Source of the DNA: Eledone cirrhosa
Taxonomy: Eukaryota
NCBI GenBank assembly: GCA_964016885.1
Contig: OZ024750.1
Coordinates: 17,050,001-17,114,000, forward strand
Reading direction: 5' to 3'
Length of the DNA: 64,000 nucleotides
Part shown: positions 1-15,180 of the stretch, one piece after another
Layout: each line of letters starts with the position of its first letter
Numbering within the stretch: the first letter of the stretch is position 1
Made by a program: the position numbers and the translations under genes
The notes under the pieces: model-generated
Told to the model about the DNA's origin: nothing
What the model saw: only the letters and a program-made list of their open reading frames with translations
Database searches by the model: none

Positions 1-440
<440 letters not shown>

Positions 441-557
441 TGTATACATTTATATGTGCGGCTGTGTATGTGTGACGTGTGTGCATCTGGTATTAATTTA
501 TATGGCTTTATGTAATGCTTGAATATATAACACATTATAAATCTACAACTAATATAA

Positions 558-593
<36 letters not shown>

Positions 594-693
594 TTATATT
601 CCAAATGACAATATTTACTAAACTTCTGGTCATACAGTACGAAATTATAAATACATCAAACAAAATTAGTTAAAATTATACAATATCTATCTA

Positions 694-724
<31 letters not shown>

Positions 725-801
725 GGTCGTAAATACCTGGATAAAATCCTTCTCTTAATGCTTAACTGTGTTTTCTCTTTTATACTATATATATATATAT
801 T

Positions 802-857
<56 letters not shown>

Positions 858-906
858 AAATAAGAGTAGTTACGACTGTGTCATTTCACTACAAATTGTT
901 TTATTT

Positions 907-955
907 CATGATATATATTTCTGTTACATCGTTATGCATGTGACTTCATCAGGTG
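907..955 (-). ncRNA. Degenerate type I hammerhead ribozyme motif
   Basis: Minus strand: CTGATGA a GTCACAT-gcataacg-ATGTAAC a GAAA TATATA TC; stem II pairs with one mismatch, palindromic stem III, weak stem I. Confidence 0.55.
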
Positions 956-1002
956 CTTCTACAATCACTGATGTAGTTATGCAATCATAGAGATATTATC
1001 AT

Positions 1003-1042
1003 TTGCCTGATAAGCGAGAACCCGCGAAACCCAAAGTAGCGA
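1003..1042 (+). ncRNA. Hammerhead ribozyme motif with G8A change
   Basis: ttgc CTGATAA gcg-agaacc-cgc GAAA c-ccaaa-g TA gcga; stems I and II pair, stem III is minimal, core has uncompensated G8A. Confidence 0.6.
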
Positions 1043-1069
1043 CAAGGTGTCATCGCAGTAATATAATAA

Positions 1070-1300
1070 TAATTGTTTCTACTTTTGGCACAAGGCCAGC
1101 AATTGAACCAGTGTATTACTGGTACTTTATTTTATCGACCCCGTAAGGATGAAAGGCAAAGTTAACCTCGGCGGGATTTGAACTCACCACTATAATAATA
1201 ATGGTATTTGATTGAGGCACAAGGCCAACATTTTTGGGGAGGTGAAAGTCGATTAAATCAACCCGAGTGCATTACTGGTATTTTATTTTATCGACCCCCA
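1070..1300 (-). mobile_element. tRNA-derived SINE family A, two partial copies
   Basis: Shared body ttttatcgaccccgtaaggatgaaaggcaaagttaacctcggcgggatttgaactc (B-box on minus strand) seen many times in the window. Confidence 0.8.
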
Positions 1301-1335
1301 TCACAACTGGATGGTAATGTGTATGTATATATATA

Positions 1336-1523
1336 AGAAAGAGGGTGTGGTAAGACACCAGGTGGACGATAACACACCAGAGTACTCAATACTTATGGTA
1401 GTAGAGTGGGTAATAGGGTAAAGAGTCAGAACCCCGACGGCTGAACTCTAGCTGTCGAACTGAGTTCGGATCTAGCTATCGAAACGGCCGGAGCTCAGCC
1501 ATCTGGGTCCTGACTCTTTTCCT
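1336..1523. mobile_element. (TA)n-inserted hairpin element, GTCGAAACGG family (putative PLE pLTR derivative)
   Basis: Homologous to 6810-7214, 8408-8788, 29305-29472, 34376-34514, 42408-42538; partial inversion, (TA)n flanks. Confidence 0.7.
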
Positions 1524-2903
1524 ATATATATATATATATATATACATGTATAGTCTAGTTATCGAGACCATAGGGAATATATTTTCTATACACACACACA
1601 TATATATATATATATATGCATCTATATACATATTCAGAGAGAGAGGGAGAGGAGAGAGAGAGGGAGAGAGAGAGAGGGAGAGGAAAGAGGGGGAAGAAAG
1701 AGTGAGAAAAGAGGGGGGGGGGAGCATGAGAGAAACATAAAGGTAGAGAGACAAAGAAAGAAAGAATAGAGTTAAAATGAATATTTGATTTCCATATATT
1801 TTCTATCTTTCCTTATTCTGAGGTTTGTCGAGGAAGGAAACTATAGATTACTTTCCAACCAAAGCAACCTACGGTCCGGAACTTTTTTTTTTTATTAAAA
1901 TCCTTTCAATGTCATCAAATGTGTCAAGTATCAAACTTTATAGCACACATCAGCATTTATAGCTTAGAATTCAATCAACTGTATAACCTAACCTAAAATT
2001 TACCTCGCTTCACAAATTATTTAGCGCGGAACTTTTATAAGATTTTTCAAAAAACGCTTAACACATAAACTATATTTTACGGTAATTTTCCTATTTGCCA
2101 AATATTTATAAGAAATTAAACTAAACAAATCTATGTGTTCGTGTGTTCGTGAATTTGTTTGTTTATGTCCATAAATTTATCAGTTTAGCGACATAAAATG
2201 GATCGATAAAATAAGTACCAGACTTGAATAAAAAATCCGCACCGCAGTGGATATGATCGGCTACAAAATCCAAGCCGGTGTCCCAGCATGTCTACAGTCT
2301 AATAACAGAAACTAGTAAAAGGGTAAAAATATACAAACGATAACATACAATAAAAGTTTATATATTATTAACTCTCATCCTCTCAAAGAAGACCTAAATA
2401 TCTTCGAGGAGCACAATTTTTGGCAAGTCCTGGTTTAGAGAAACGAAATCAGAAGTTTTACTGATGTGACGACATATATATTGGTAAAAAATTAAAAAAT
2501 TGGAACTTCTCGAAAGAAATTCTTCGGGATATTTGTTCTGCATCAGATTACAAATACTCCCTCCCCTGTCAGTAACAATGTCAGAAATACTGTTAGCAAC
2601 AAAACTATTGTTCTCCAATTACGATCTAAATAATAACGTAAATTAATGAAAAAAACAAACATAGTGCTTGAATTCTTTTTTCAGATGAAACATAATATCC
2701 AGGCTTTGTTTATAATATATGTATATAAACATTATATTTATTTAATCATGTTTCGAGTTGTCCTGTGTTTTTGTGGATTATGCCCCCTGGCAGTTGTTGA
2801 ACAGTTCACATAAACTTTACCATGAGGGAACTATATGTTGTGTTGTTCACACCGAGTATTCTCAACATAAGTGGATTCCTCAAAAGAATTTTGGTATTCC
2901 GGG

Positions 2904-2936
<33 letters not shown>

Positions 2937-3159
2937 TGTATGTATGTATGTATGTATGTATGTATGTATGTATGTATGTATGTACGTACGTATGTACGTA
3001 TGTATGTATGTACGTACGTATGTATACAGGTTGAGAGAGAGGGACAAATAGAAAATATATGTATATGTATATATGTATACAGGTTGAGAGAGAGACATAC
3101 AGAAAAATATATGTATATATATATGTGTGCATATATATATAAATATATATAGAGAGATA

Positions 3160-3194
<35 letters not shown>

Positions 3195-3228
3195 GAATAA
3201 ATAAATATATATATATGTATATATGAAT

Positions 3229-3306
<78 letters not shown>

Positions 3307-4298
3307 TTTCTGTTTCTCCCTGCAAGTAAAAGTTAGTACAAAGAATATTTACATACCACAGTAATTGTGAACAAGTTTAAATGGGAGGGGATTTTATGTT
3401 GAAATAAATACAGAGAGGAGAAACTATACAGCAACACTAAAATATATAAACATGAAAATATATTTACACGTGCGATGTAAGCAATCTGAAGAAAAAGAAA
3501 TTATCGTAAAATAGTTTAAAAGCTTATTACAAGTTGAATCGTCGGTGCAAATGGCCGAAATATCTAAATATTTGTTACAGTGCTAGATGAGATGTCGACT
3601 CCTGAATACAGAGGCAAAATACAGAAGCCCCATCAGTACATAAATGTGTTTACTTCAATTATATATAAGTATGTATGTAATATGAGTTTTTCAAATATTA
3701 ATAATAATATTCGATTCGTTTGCAATTATACAAACAAGCCTCATTTTTAAAGCCATGCAGTAGAATGAGCCCCTCATTCTTGCTCTTGTGTTGGCATGAG
3801 GCTTATTTGCATAATTGCAAACGAATCGAATATTATTATTAATATTCGAAACACTCAGCTTACATGTATTGTATTTAGCCATGTAGAGCGAAAATATGTT
3901 TTCTTTTTCATAAGTATGTATGTATGTATTTATGTGTGTATGTATGTATTTATGTGTGTATGTATGTATTTATGTGTGTATGAATGTATGTATTTATGTG
4001 TGTATGTATGTATGTATTTATGTGTGTATGTATGTATTTATGTGTGTATGTATGTATGTATGTATTTATGTATGTATTTATGTGTGTATGTATGTATGTA
4101 TGTTTGTTTGTATTTATGTGTGTATGTATGTATTTATGTGTGTATGTATGTATTTATGTGTATGTATGTATGTTTGTATGTATGTATTTATGTGTGTATG
4201 TATGTATTTATGTGTGTATGTATGTATGTTTGTATGTATGTATTTATGTGTGTTTATGTATATATGTATGTATGTATGTATGTATGTTTGTATGTATA

Positions 4299-4630
4299 GG
4301 CGACTAATTGGCAGAGTCGTTAGAACGTCGGAATGCTTTATGGCAGGCATGTCAAACTGAGGGTCCTCCAAGGGTCACATGTGTTGTCTGAGGGCCACAT
4401 GGGTCACATATGTTGTCTGAGGGCCACATACGACAACTAATTGCGCACATGCTTGTGCTATAAAAAAAAACCTTTGTGCGGACCGCAGGTGTGCTTGTAA
4501 GGGGTCACATGCGGCCCACGAGCCACATGTTTGACATAAAGTTTATGAGTTCAAATCCTGCCGAGGCCAACTTAGCCCTTCATCCTTTCGAGATCGATAA
4601 GAAAACTACCAGTCTAGTACTGGGGTCGAT
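4299..4630 (+). mobile_element. SINE A-related copy interrupted by a hAT-like MITE
   Basis: Head ggcgactaattggcagagtcgttagaacgtcg at 4299; B-box/body gagttcaaatcctgccgagg...ttcatcctttcgagatcgataa resumes at ~4547. Confidence 0.65.
4344..4537. mobile_element. Non-autonomous hAT-like DNA transposon
   Basis: Left end CAGGCATGTCAAAC, right end GTTTGACAT (truncated), internal gggccacat subterminal repeats typical of hAT MITEs. Confidence 0.65.
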
Positions 4631-4844
4631 TCTTCCTCTCTCTGGAAGAAACCTGCTGTACTCAGGCCTGGAGAGGGATGGGCTCTGCCAGGTATAAAAT
4701 ACCCGAGAAACTTCGGATATCAATACGGCGCCCCTACGACTGTATCATGAGTTACGGGACTATACATAAATGTATGTATGTATGTATGTATGTATGTATG
4801 TATGTATGTATGTATGTATGTATGTATGTATGTATGTATGTATG

Positions 4845-5250
4845 AGAGATGACCCCTTAGCCTTTGTCAAGGCAGAATTCTAGGAGAAGGAAACCTCTGA
4901 TATAACACCTGCAACCCTGATGGTATCCAATGATGTTGACTTGTTCTTCTTTTTGGTAAATATCATCTTGGTTAAGAGAGTGGGACTGGCTTTGTGCAGT
5001 GCCTTTGCTCACTATATAAGCTTCACAGCACAGGCATTGCTTTATATCTGGAGATCTCTCTGCACTTGTCGTCACATGGTACCATGGGCCCAGCACTATG
5101 TGTCAATAATTGTCACAAGTGTAGTGTTTGTACCAGAGTTTTCAAATCGCTGGCTGGACTAAAAAGTCACACTCGTTCAGCGCATCGGTAGGGGTTCTCC
5201 TACATGGATATAAAGCAGTGGCCGTACTCGAAAACGAGTTGGCAGCCACC
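4845..5250 (+). mobile_element. RTE-related non-autonomous retroelement, 3' part
   Basis: Encodes a C2H2-like C-terminal motif CSVCTRVFKSLAGLKSHTRSAH as in RTE-type ORF ends; flanked by (TATG)n-type repeats; close homolog at 24172-24580 on minus strand. Confidence 0.65.
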
Positions 5251-5700
5251 ATGTATTTATGTATGTACGTATATATGTATGTATTTATGTATGTACGTAT
5301 ATATGTATGTATTTATGTATGCGTGCACCTTTATATAGAGTTTCATACACTTAACATGTACGTGCGACAATTGGTTTCAGGTTCCAGTTATGGCCACCAC
5401 TGTATAGCGGAAGAGGTACTTCCAGCCTGGCCCCTCGTCGGGCATGCATACAAAAGTTTTAAAATAAAAAAATATATATATATACATGTTCTAACAACTG
5501 TTATTGCATCTTACAAAAGATGTCATTGTTATTTGAAAGGTTGTTACTTTGAAGGGAGCAGAGGTCTGAGGGGAATAGAAAAGAGGGGTGATAGGGTGAG
5601 GATTGGCAGACAGGTAGAAATCAGACAGACAGGTAAATAGAGAGAGAAATAGATAGATAGACTGGTAGATAGATAGATAGATAGATATATACATAGATAT

Positions 5701-5783
<83 letters not shown>

Positions 5784-5931
5784 CATAGATAGATAGAAGC
5801 CAAAAAAGGGGTGATGAGGAGAAGGAAAGACGTTGCAGGCAATGACAGAGACACACATCAAGAGAAAGAGCGAGCGAGAGAGAGAGACAGAGAAAGAGAG
5901 AGCAAGAGAGAGAAGCAGAGCGAGAGCGAGA

Positions 5932-6001
<70 letters not shown>

Positions 6002-6143
6002 GAGCAACTCTAACAACAACAACAACGTCACCACAACCAGTTCATTTATAAATTGACCCTCCTCCCACGAAATGTGAGCTGTCGCCAAATGGCAAACATT
6101 GATATGAAATTGTCTCGGTGTAAAATAAGAATCACAAAAAAAC

Positions 6144-6202
<59 letters not shown>

Positions 6203-6233
6203 CATATACATACATATATATACATATATATAC

Positions 6234-6318
<85 letters not shown>

Positions 6319-6323
6319 CATAT

Positions 6324-6354
<31 letters not shown>

Positions 6355-6372
6355 CATATATATACATATATA

Positions 6373-6415
<43 letters not shown>

Positions 6416-6471
6416 ATAACTATGTATATATATCTATATATATATATATATACATGTGTATATATACATAT

Positions 6472-6510
<39 letters not shown>

Positions 6511-6522
6511 TATACATATATA

Positions 6523-6609
<87 letters not shown>

Positions 6610-6809
6610 ATAACTATGTATATATCTATATATATATAGATATATACATGTGTATATATACATATATATGTATATATATATATGTGTGTACATGTGAACA
6701 AAAGTACCTATTTCCAATTAGCCGCTGTCCAATGCGCCAAAAGCCATCCTTGTTGCTGTAGCTGTCTGTATTGATATGTGGTCGTTTGTCTATATATATA
6801 TATATATAT

Positions 6810-7212
6810 AACGAAGGAAATGTGGTAAGGTACCAGATGAACCATAACGCACCAAAGTACTCAATACTTGTGGTAGTAGAGTGGGTAATAGGAACCAGTA
6901 AGACCCCGACAGCTGAATTAGCTGTCGAATTAGCCGTCGAAACGGCTTGAGCTCAGCTGTCGGGGTCTTACTGGTTCCTATATATATATATATATATATA
7001 TAATATGTATATATATATATATAGGAAAAAGTATGACCTAGACGGCAGAGCTCAAGCCGTTTCGACGGCTATTTCTGGACTGAAATAACCGTCGAAACGG
7101 CTTGAGCTCTACCGTCGGGGTCATACTTTTTCCTATTACCCACTCTACTACCCTAAGTATTGAGTACTCTGGTGCGTTATGGTCCATCTGGTTCCTTACC
7201 ACAACTCCTTCG

Positions 7213-7214
<2 letters not shown>
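6810..7214. mobile_element. Two adjacent GTCGAAACGG-family hairpin elements in (TA)n
   Basis: 6810-6979 and 7022-7214; second contains palindrome gagctcaagccgtttcgacggcta...taaccgtcgaaacggcttgagctc; long arms end at cttcgt-(TA)n. Confidence 0.75.
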
Positions 7215-7286
<72 letters not shown>

Positions 7287-7288
<2 letters not shown>

Positions 7289-7664
7289 AGGGAGTGTAAC
7301 ATGGAGGTACAGTAGGTTCACCCGGGAGAGCACTCGATGTTTAGGTTCACTTCAGTGTCGAGGTGTAGAGCTATACAGAGTGTATTATAGTTAAATAAGA
7401 TAACAGGGACGATTGGTCACTCCTTCATTACGTTTATTGGTTGATGACGCGCGTTTCGCCACTGACCAGCTCAAGGTTCGATCTGATACAGCATGTATTC
7501 ATTCTTCCACTAACATCACAAGGGGTCTGACGAGCCGCGGATTACAGAGTCAGGTCAGATCGATACAGATCGAACCTTGAGCTGGTCAGTGGCGAAAGGC
7601 GCGTCATCAACCAATAAACGTAATGAAGGAGTAACCAATCGTCCTTGTTAGCTTATTTAACTAT
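7287..7664. mobile_element. Inverted-repeat PLE-like pLTR element
   Basis: Arms 7387-7485 and 7566-7664 are reverse complements; contains a hammerhead; flanked by (TA)n and (TG)n. Confidence 0.75.
7524..7608 (+). ncRNA. Type I hammerhead with long stem II
   Basis: ggt CTGACGA gccgc...(~50 nt)...gtggc GAAA ggcgcg TC atc; opposite arm shows GAAA CGCGCG TC; AATAAA follows. Confidence 0.7.
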
Positions 7665-7665
7665 T

Positions 7666-7740
<75 letters not shown>

Positions 7741-7981
7741 CTATTTTAGAGACTTGTAACGCGTTTGAGAGGGGGAGAGAGTTCCAGAGCAACAGAGGAC
7801 AGTATCCCCCTCAGTAAACCATATATCTCTACTATAAGTATTGAGTACTCATTCTCATGTTGATAAATCCAAACACACACACACACCTATCTCTCTCTCT
7901 CTATTATATATATATATATATATAATAGAGAGAATTAGCCGTCGAAACGGCTTGAGCTCAGCTGTCGGGGTCTTACTGGTT

Positions 7982-8039
<58 letters not shown>

Positions 8040-8170
8040 TTCAAATATATATATTAATAGATAATTAATATTTATAACTCCAGAAATTTTTTTTTTTCAC
8101 TGTTGAGTGCTTCTAATCTATTATAAAACTATGTTCACTGATTAGTCAATGAACCTTGTTTAACTTTTGG

Positions 8171-9212
<1,042 letters not shown>

Positions 9213-9357
9213 TATTAAAGTGTTAAGCAATATTCAATGAGTATGTCAAAGAATGAGTTTTACAGTAGATTAGAAGCACTCTACGAAAAATAATTATCCG
9301 GAGTTATTAATATTAAAATAGAAATATTAATAAAATAGATGTTCTTTTGATCAATTA

Positions 9358-9412
9358 CATTTTATTATACATATTGCGGATGTACAACAGTACGTCCTCA
9401 TCAGACAAAATA
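9358..9412 (-). ncRNA. Hammerhead motif (TATATA-related), GAAA mutated to GCAA
   Basis: tattttgt CTGATGA ggacgtac-tgtt-gtacatcc GCAA tatgta TA ataaaatg; overlaps inverted repeat 9332-9375/9752-9795. Confidence 0.65.
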
Positions 9413-9789
9413 TAATGATACATGACATACCCTGAGATGTTAAATGGTTAAGATTTAATCAAGGTAGTGATTAACCTAAGAGAAGATTTAACATATATAC
9501 CCTAATTATGAGAAAATGCGAAAACGTAATAAATTCATTAGAGAATGTGTGAGTAAGAAAAGCGTTGCTTAATGTAACTGTTCTAGAGATTTTAAAATGT
9601 ATGATACTACGATATATCTAGGAAAACATCTAATGAATCATAACAGCCAGTGATAGCCACTGGAAAAGGATTTATAAAGAGGGAAAGATAAATGTGGGGG
9701 GGGGGGGGGGGCGGTGATATATGCAGAAGGAGATTTATATGTATAATAAAAAATATGTATAATAAAATGTAATTGATCAAAAGAACATC

Positions 9790-9847
<58 letters not shown>

Positions 9848-10189
9848 AATGGCGTGCTGCGTGGTTGCACATGGGTTACATCTGAATAAAATTAGTCCTT
9901 CATCAGTAATTTTCCAACCTTCATTGGTATTTCTTCGCTTTATATATATATATACATACATACATACACATATGTAAGTATATGGTTGCGTGCGCGCCTC
10001 TCTTCAATGTTTGTTCATGCCACCTTTTCAAAATTGCGCTTTTGGAAGTAGATACCATTCTCAGTCAGCGTTAGCAAATTTCTCCAAGAGCAGAAGTATT
10101 TCCTTACAACTTATATATGGGCTATTGTAGTTCTTGTTACTGCTGTTCTTATTGTTGTGGTTTATTGCTACTGTTGTTGTTCTTGTTAT

Positions 10190-10706
10190 GGTGATGGTGG
10201 TGGTGGTGGTGGTGGTAGTGGTGATGGTGGTGGTGGTGTTGGTGGTGGTGGTGGTGGTGGTGGTGGTGGTGTTGGTGATGGTGGTGGTGGTGTTGGTGTT
10301 GGTGGTGGTGGTGGTGGTGGTGGTGGTGATGGTGGTGGTGGTGGTGGTGGTGGTGGTGGTGTTGGTGGTGGTGGTGGTGGTGGTGGTGGTGTTGGTGGTG
10401 GTGGTGGTGGTGGTGGTGTTGGTGTTGGTGGTGGTGGTGGTGGTGTTGGTGGTGGTGGTGGTGGTGGTGTTGGTGTTGGTGGTGGTGGTGGTGGTGTTGG
10501 TGGTGGTGTTGGTGGTGGTGATGGTGGTGGTGGTGGTGGTGGTGGTGGTGGTGGTGATGGTGGTGGTGGTGGTGGTGTTGGTGGTGGTGTTGGTGGTGTT
10601 GGTGGTGGTGGTGGTGGTAGTAGTGATAGTGGTGGTGGTGTTGGTGTTGGTGGTGGTGGTGGTGGTGGTGTTGGTGTTGGTGGTGATGGTGGTGGTGGTG
10701 GTGGTG
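10190..10706. repeat. (GGT)n trinucleotide repeat with GTT/GAT interruptions
   Basis: Direct; source of the poly-V/G/P/T ORFs. Confidence 0.97.
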
Positions 10707-10857
10707 CTATTGGTGTTAGTGTTGAATGTAACAATATTCTGTTGACGTGTGTCAAGATAGGATAAAACTATACAAACAAGTGGGAAATACATTCTGATAA
10801 AACCGCTTGATAAGTTATCCAAGGTTACTGATATACGTACATACATACCCCCCCCCC

Positions 10858-10898
<41 letters not shown>

Positions 10899-11098
10899 TA
10901 TATATATATTTTTTTATTTATGTCTATATATATTTATATTTATATATATATAGTTGTATATATACATATACATACATAGATGTATATATATATATATATA
11001 TATATACATATACATACATAGATGTATATATATATACATATACATACATAGATGTATATATATATACATATATGTATATATATATTTATATATAGATA

Positions 11099-11143
<45 letters not shown>

Positions 11144-11382
11144 ATATATGTATTTATATATACATATTTATTTATCTATACATATATACATATATATATA
11201 TACACGCACAATTACACACACCTAAATATACATGTATATATTTATATATTGAAAAGGAGAAAGAGAGATATGTATGCTAATTATATGAATCGGAAAACCA
11301 CATGAAACTCTAAGTTTACTGATTAGTGTAACCGCATATACGCGTGGGCACAAACACAAGCGTATACATACATACATAAAAT

Positions 11383-11780
11383 AATTGTTTCTACTTTTGG
11401 CACAAGGCCAGAAATTATCCAGTACATTACTGGTACTTTATTTTATCGACCCCGTAAGGATGAAAGGCAAAGTTAACCTCGGCGGGATTTGAACTGAGAA
11501 TGGCAAGAGCCGTAACTCTATACGTCAAAGCATGGCGTCCGAACCTCTACCGATACTGCCAATCCACCGCCCATACTTACATAAAATAATTGTTTCTACT
11601 TTAGGCACAAGGCCAGCAATTACCCAGTGCATTACTGGTACTTTATTTTATCGACCCCGTAAGGATGAAAGGCAAAGTCAACCTCGGCGGGATTTGAACT
11701 CAGATCGTAAAGGGACGTAACTATGCTGGAAAGCATGGCGTCCGACCCTCTACCGATACTGCCAATCCACCACCGCCCAT
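11383..11780 (-). mobile_element. Tandem dimer of SINE family A
   Basis: Two ~195-bp copies, each followed by cccatacttacataaaataat; A-box-like TGGCAGTATCGG and B-box GAGTTCAAATCC on minus strand. Confidence 0.85.
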
Positions 11781-12145
11781 ACTTACATAAAATAATGTAC
11801 AATAAAATAGAATTAGAATTTAGCTTCGAGCCTAGATGTATACAGATATGTATTGGAGTTTCGTATTTAGAAATTTAGAAAGTTGTAACTATGCAAAAAC
11901 ACCCGTCAGCTATCGCCACCTGGCGGTGTCCAGCAGAAGGAAGGGAGTCAATCGTTGATGCATTTCGAACTGAACTGGTTCTCATTAGAACGATGCCTTC
12001 TGCTCTTGTAGCTACTGGACTTTGAAAACAGGCGCGCGGATATGTAGTTTTCTCGTCTGTGTTACTTTATTTCTACCTCTTTGTCTTCATCAGTTCTCCT
12101 CCTTTCAAAGCCTTCTTTCTTCTCAGTCCCTATTCTATCTCATCC

Positions 12146-12180
12146 ACTCTGGTGAAGGATTAACTTCCGAAACGTTGGGT
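12146..12180 (+). ncRNA. Degenerate minimal hammerhead
   Basis: CTGGTGA a gga-ttaact-tcc GAAA CG TT; same layout as 29642-29677 but A6G. Confidence 0.5.
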
Positions 12181-12247
12181 ATTTGCTTTTTTATATCCTT
12201 CAAACGTTTAACTCTGTACCTTTCGCAATGTGTTTTGAATATGAATA

Positions 12248-12292
<45 letters not shown>

Positions 12293-12295
12293 AGA

Positions 12296-12443
12296 ACATG
12301 GAACTATAATATATAAGAACATGGAACTCTTTTAACCATCTTTTGTTCTTATATATTATGTATACTCCAGTCCTACAAACTGTAGAGTGCTTCTTATCCG
12401 ATATCTGCATTGCTTTATTGTACTACAATAAAACTCACCTCCT
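12296..12443 (+). mobile_element. 3' part of TGCGCA-family pLTR element
   Basis: Reverse complement of 17449-17576; ends ctcacctccta-(TA)n. Confidence 0.7.
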
Positions 12444-12599
12444 ATATATATATATATATCGTACACAAAATATTATATCATCGGTGGGATTTGATTTGAA
12501 AACGCCGAGATTAGTAACAAAACTCCAACATTTTAAACATCTACGCCATACATCGATGTCTGCATGTGTATATGTATATATATATATAAATGTGTGTGC

Positions 12600-12643
<44 letters not shown>

Positions 12644-12688
12644 GTACGTACATATATATATGTATTTGTTTGAGTTTGCCTCTATCTG

Positions 12689-12729
<41 letters not shown>

Positions 12730-12951
12730 CATTATTCTACTACCTTGTAACTTATTATATACCTAACTATAATATATGTACTTCAATAAATAAAAAAATA
12801 AATGGTTACTTATATTACTAATATTTTTTCTTTGTACAGTTTTCTGTCGCATTAAAAACGCCATTTTAACTTATGCCATTACATTTTATGGGGACAGAAC
12901 AAAAGACAGAATATAAAAAATTAACCCAATAATAGCGACTACTAAATCAAT

Positions 12952-13013
<62 letters not shown>

Positions 13014-14048
13014 ATCTATTTATCTATCTATCTATCTCCATCTCTCTTTTTCTCAGCCACTATCTTTCCCTCACTCAGCCACCTTTTTTTATTTCTCAGC
13101 CACCACACACACACACTCTCTCTCTCTCACTCCGTCTCTCTTTCTCTATCTCTCTCTCTCTCACTCCGTCTCTCTTTCTCTATCTCTGTCTCTGTCTCAA
13201 CCACTCTCTATTTCTCTTTTTCTCACTCAGCCACCTTTCTTATATGTTTCAGTTAACACTCTCTCTCCCTTTCTATCTATCTGCCTATTCTGTTGTTCTC
13301 TCTCTCTCTCTCTCTCTCTCTAAATTATTGTATCTTTCTTTCTCTTTCTTTTTCAATATCTTTCACCATCTGTATCTCTCTCTCTCTCTCTTTCTCATGC
13401 TCTCTCTCTATACATCTATTTATCTGCCACTCTATCAATATATCTATCTATTTCTTTCATTCTCTCCGCCGCCCCCTCTTCCCTCACCCCTCTCTCTCTC
13501 TCTTTCACCTTACTACATCCCAGTCTATGATTGACTACAGTTAATTTAATGATATTTAGGAAGCTGTATATGATGTCACATTAATCCAAATCACTTTAAT
13601 GCTTCTGTAATAAACTTACTAAACTTCAATCTAACCAACTTATACAAAATAAATCATTGCAATAAGCTGCTTCCATAGTTTCCTGGTCTAATATTTATTA
13701 TCTATTATTTTGCTAATTTTATATATTAGAAGTATATATGTATAGAATTAACGTAATTTATTTAGGATCAGGTGGATATATTTCACTACTGTAAGACATC
13801 AAATGAGTCAGTAAAGCCAAATCATGTTCTTTCTTGTATATACACAGACACACTGAAATATGTTTGTATCAAAACCGGATTATTTTATCGCTGTGGTTCC
13901 TCTATAGATTCTTTCGGTTTCCACCCAGTGTTATACGGTTGTAATGTTGGCCACCTCCGTACTGCTCTCAACGAGATCATAAAGCATGGCCTGGACGTCA
14001 TAAGCTTCCCATCCCATTCTACCAGATTTCACTGAGAAGGCACCAAGG

Positions 14049-14447
14049 ACGGTAGATTGGCAGTATCGGTGGAGGGTCGGACGCCATGCTTTCCAGCATA
14101 GTTACGTCCCTTTACAGTCTGAGTTCAAATGCCGTCGAGGTTGACTTTGCCTTTCATCCTTACGGTGTCGATAAAATAAAGTACCAGTAATGTACTGGGT
14201 AATTGCTGGCCTTGTGCCAAAAGTAGAAACAATTATTACAATTACTTTTTTAGTCGGTTGATTGGCAGTATTGGTAGAGGATCTGACGCCATGCTTTACA
14301 GCATAGAGTTACGTCCCTTTACGGCCTGAGTTCAAATCACGCCGAGGTTAACTCTGCCTTTCATCCTCACGGTGTCGATAAAATAAAGTACCAGTAATGT
14401 ACTGGGATAATTGCTGGCCTTGTGCCAAACGTAGAAACAATTATTAC
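14049..14447 (+). mobile_element. Tandem pair of SINE family A
   Basis: TGGCAGTATCGG...GAGTTCAAAT...gcctttcatccttacggtgtcgataaaataaagtaccag...gtagaaacaatta, twice. Confidence 0.85.
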
Positions 14448-14897
14448 AATACCCTTTTTTTTATAACTGAATGATCAAGACCAAGGGGAAATAAACTCTC
14501 TGACATTACATTCGTGAGCTGAACGCCCTAACCACTAGGCCACGTGCCTGTATGTATAATATCCTAATATTGAGGTCATGATGTTCCCCTTCCTGTACAG
14601 ACGTCACTTTCTCAGGTATATACTCCAGTACTTATCTAGAGGCCACAAGCACTAATGTATTGACGTAAGGTAATTCTTACACTTAATTACTGATACTATC
14701 TTGATATCATCTATATCTTCTCTGTCTAGGTAGTCACTTATAATCGAGTATGATTTGGTGTCAGATAAGTACTTTTATCTAGTTATCACCTGTAATATCA
14801 GACCATTGTAGTAACGAGTTCCCACTGATGACCCAGTCGATATGGGTACGAGGAAACCGATTGAGAGTAAGCCCTCCACATGTTAAATCACTGAGGA

Positions 14898-15180
14898 TTG
14901 AAATAATGAAAATTATTGTGTACAGTGCTCAGGTGCACTACAATTCATCAAATGTGCACATATAATACATAGAATAATGAACAAATGTAAAGAAAGTGAA
15001 CAGTGTATGAGTCGTGATATACACACAGATACATGCATGTGTGTGTATGGAGGAGGAATATCAGGTGTGGTGTTAGCGAATTTCGGAAAACATGGAAGTT
15101 TTGAAGGATGCAATGTCCCGGCAGCTAAAAACTGATGCAGGTAGTTTGTTCCATACTTCAGCAACTCTGAGCGTGAAAAA
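14898..15180 (-). mobile_element. CR1-type LINE 3' end
   Basis: Minus strand translates FFTLRVAEVWNKLPASVFSCRDIASFKTSMFSE, the conserved CR1/L2 ORF2 C-terminal motif, followed by a 3' UTR and AT-rich tail. Confidence 0.8.

Noticed and set aside
2394-2618. 74-aa non-repetitive ORF (also 16414-16605)
   Set aside because: Short, no recognisable domain, no supporting gene structure
9860-9910. Minus-strand CTGATGA aggac
   Set aside because: No GAAA or closing stems
10061-10891. Mucin/extensin/glycine-rich ORFs
   Set aside because: Pure (GGT)n repeat open in several frames on both strands
12058-12095. Minus-strand CTGATGA...GAAA
   Set aside because: Stems I and II do not pair; likely chance
14822-14866. 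CTGATGA ccca..tggg tacgag GAAA ccga hammerhead-like motif
   Set aside because: Six extra bases between stem II and GAAA and poor stem I; at best a decayed copy
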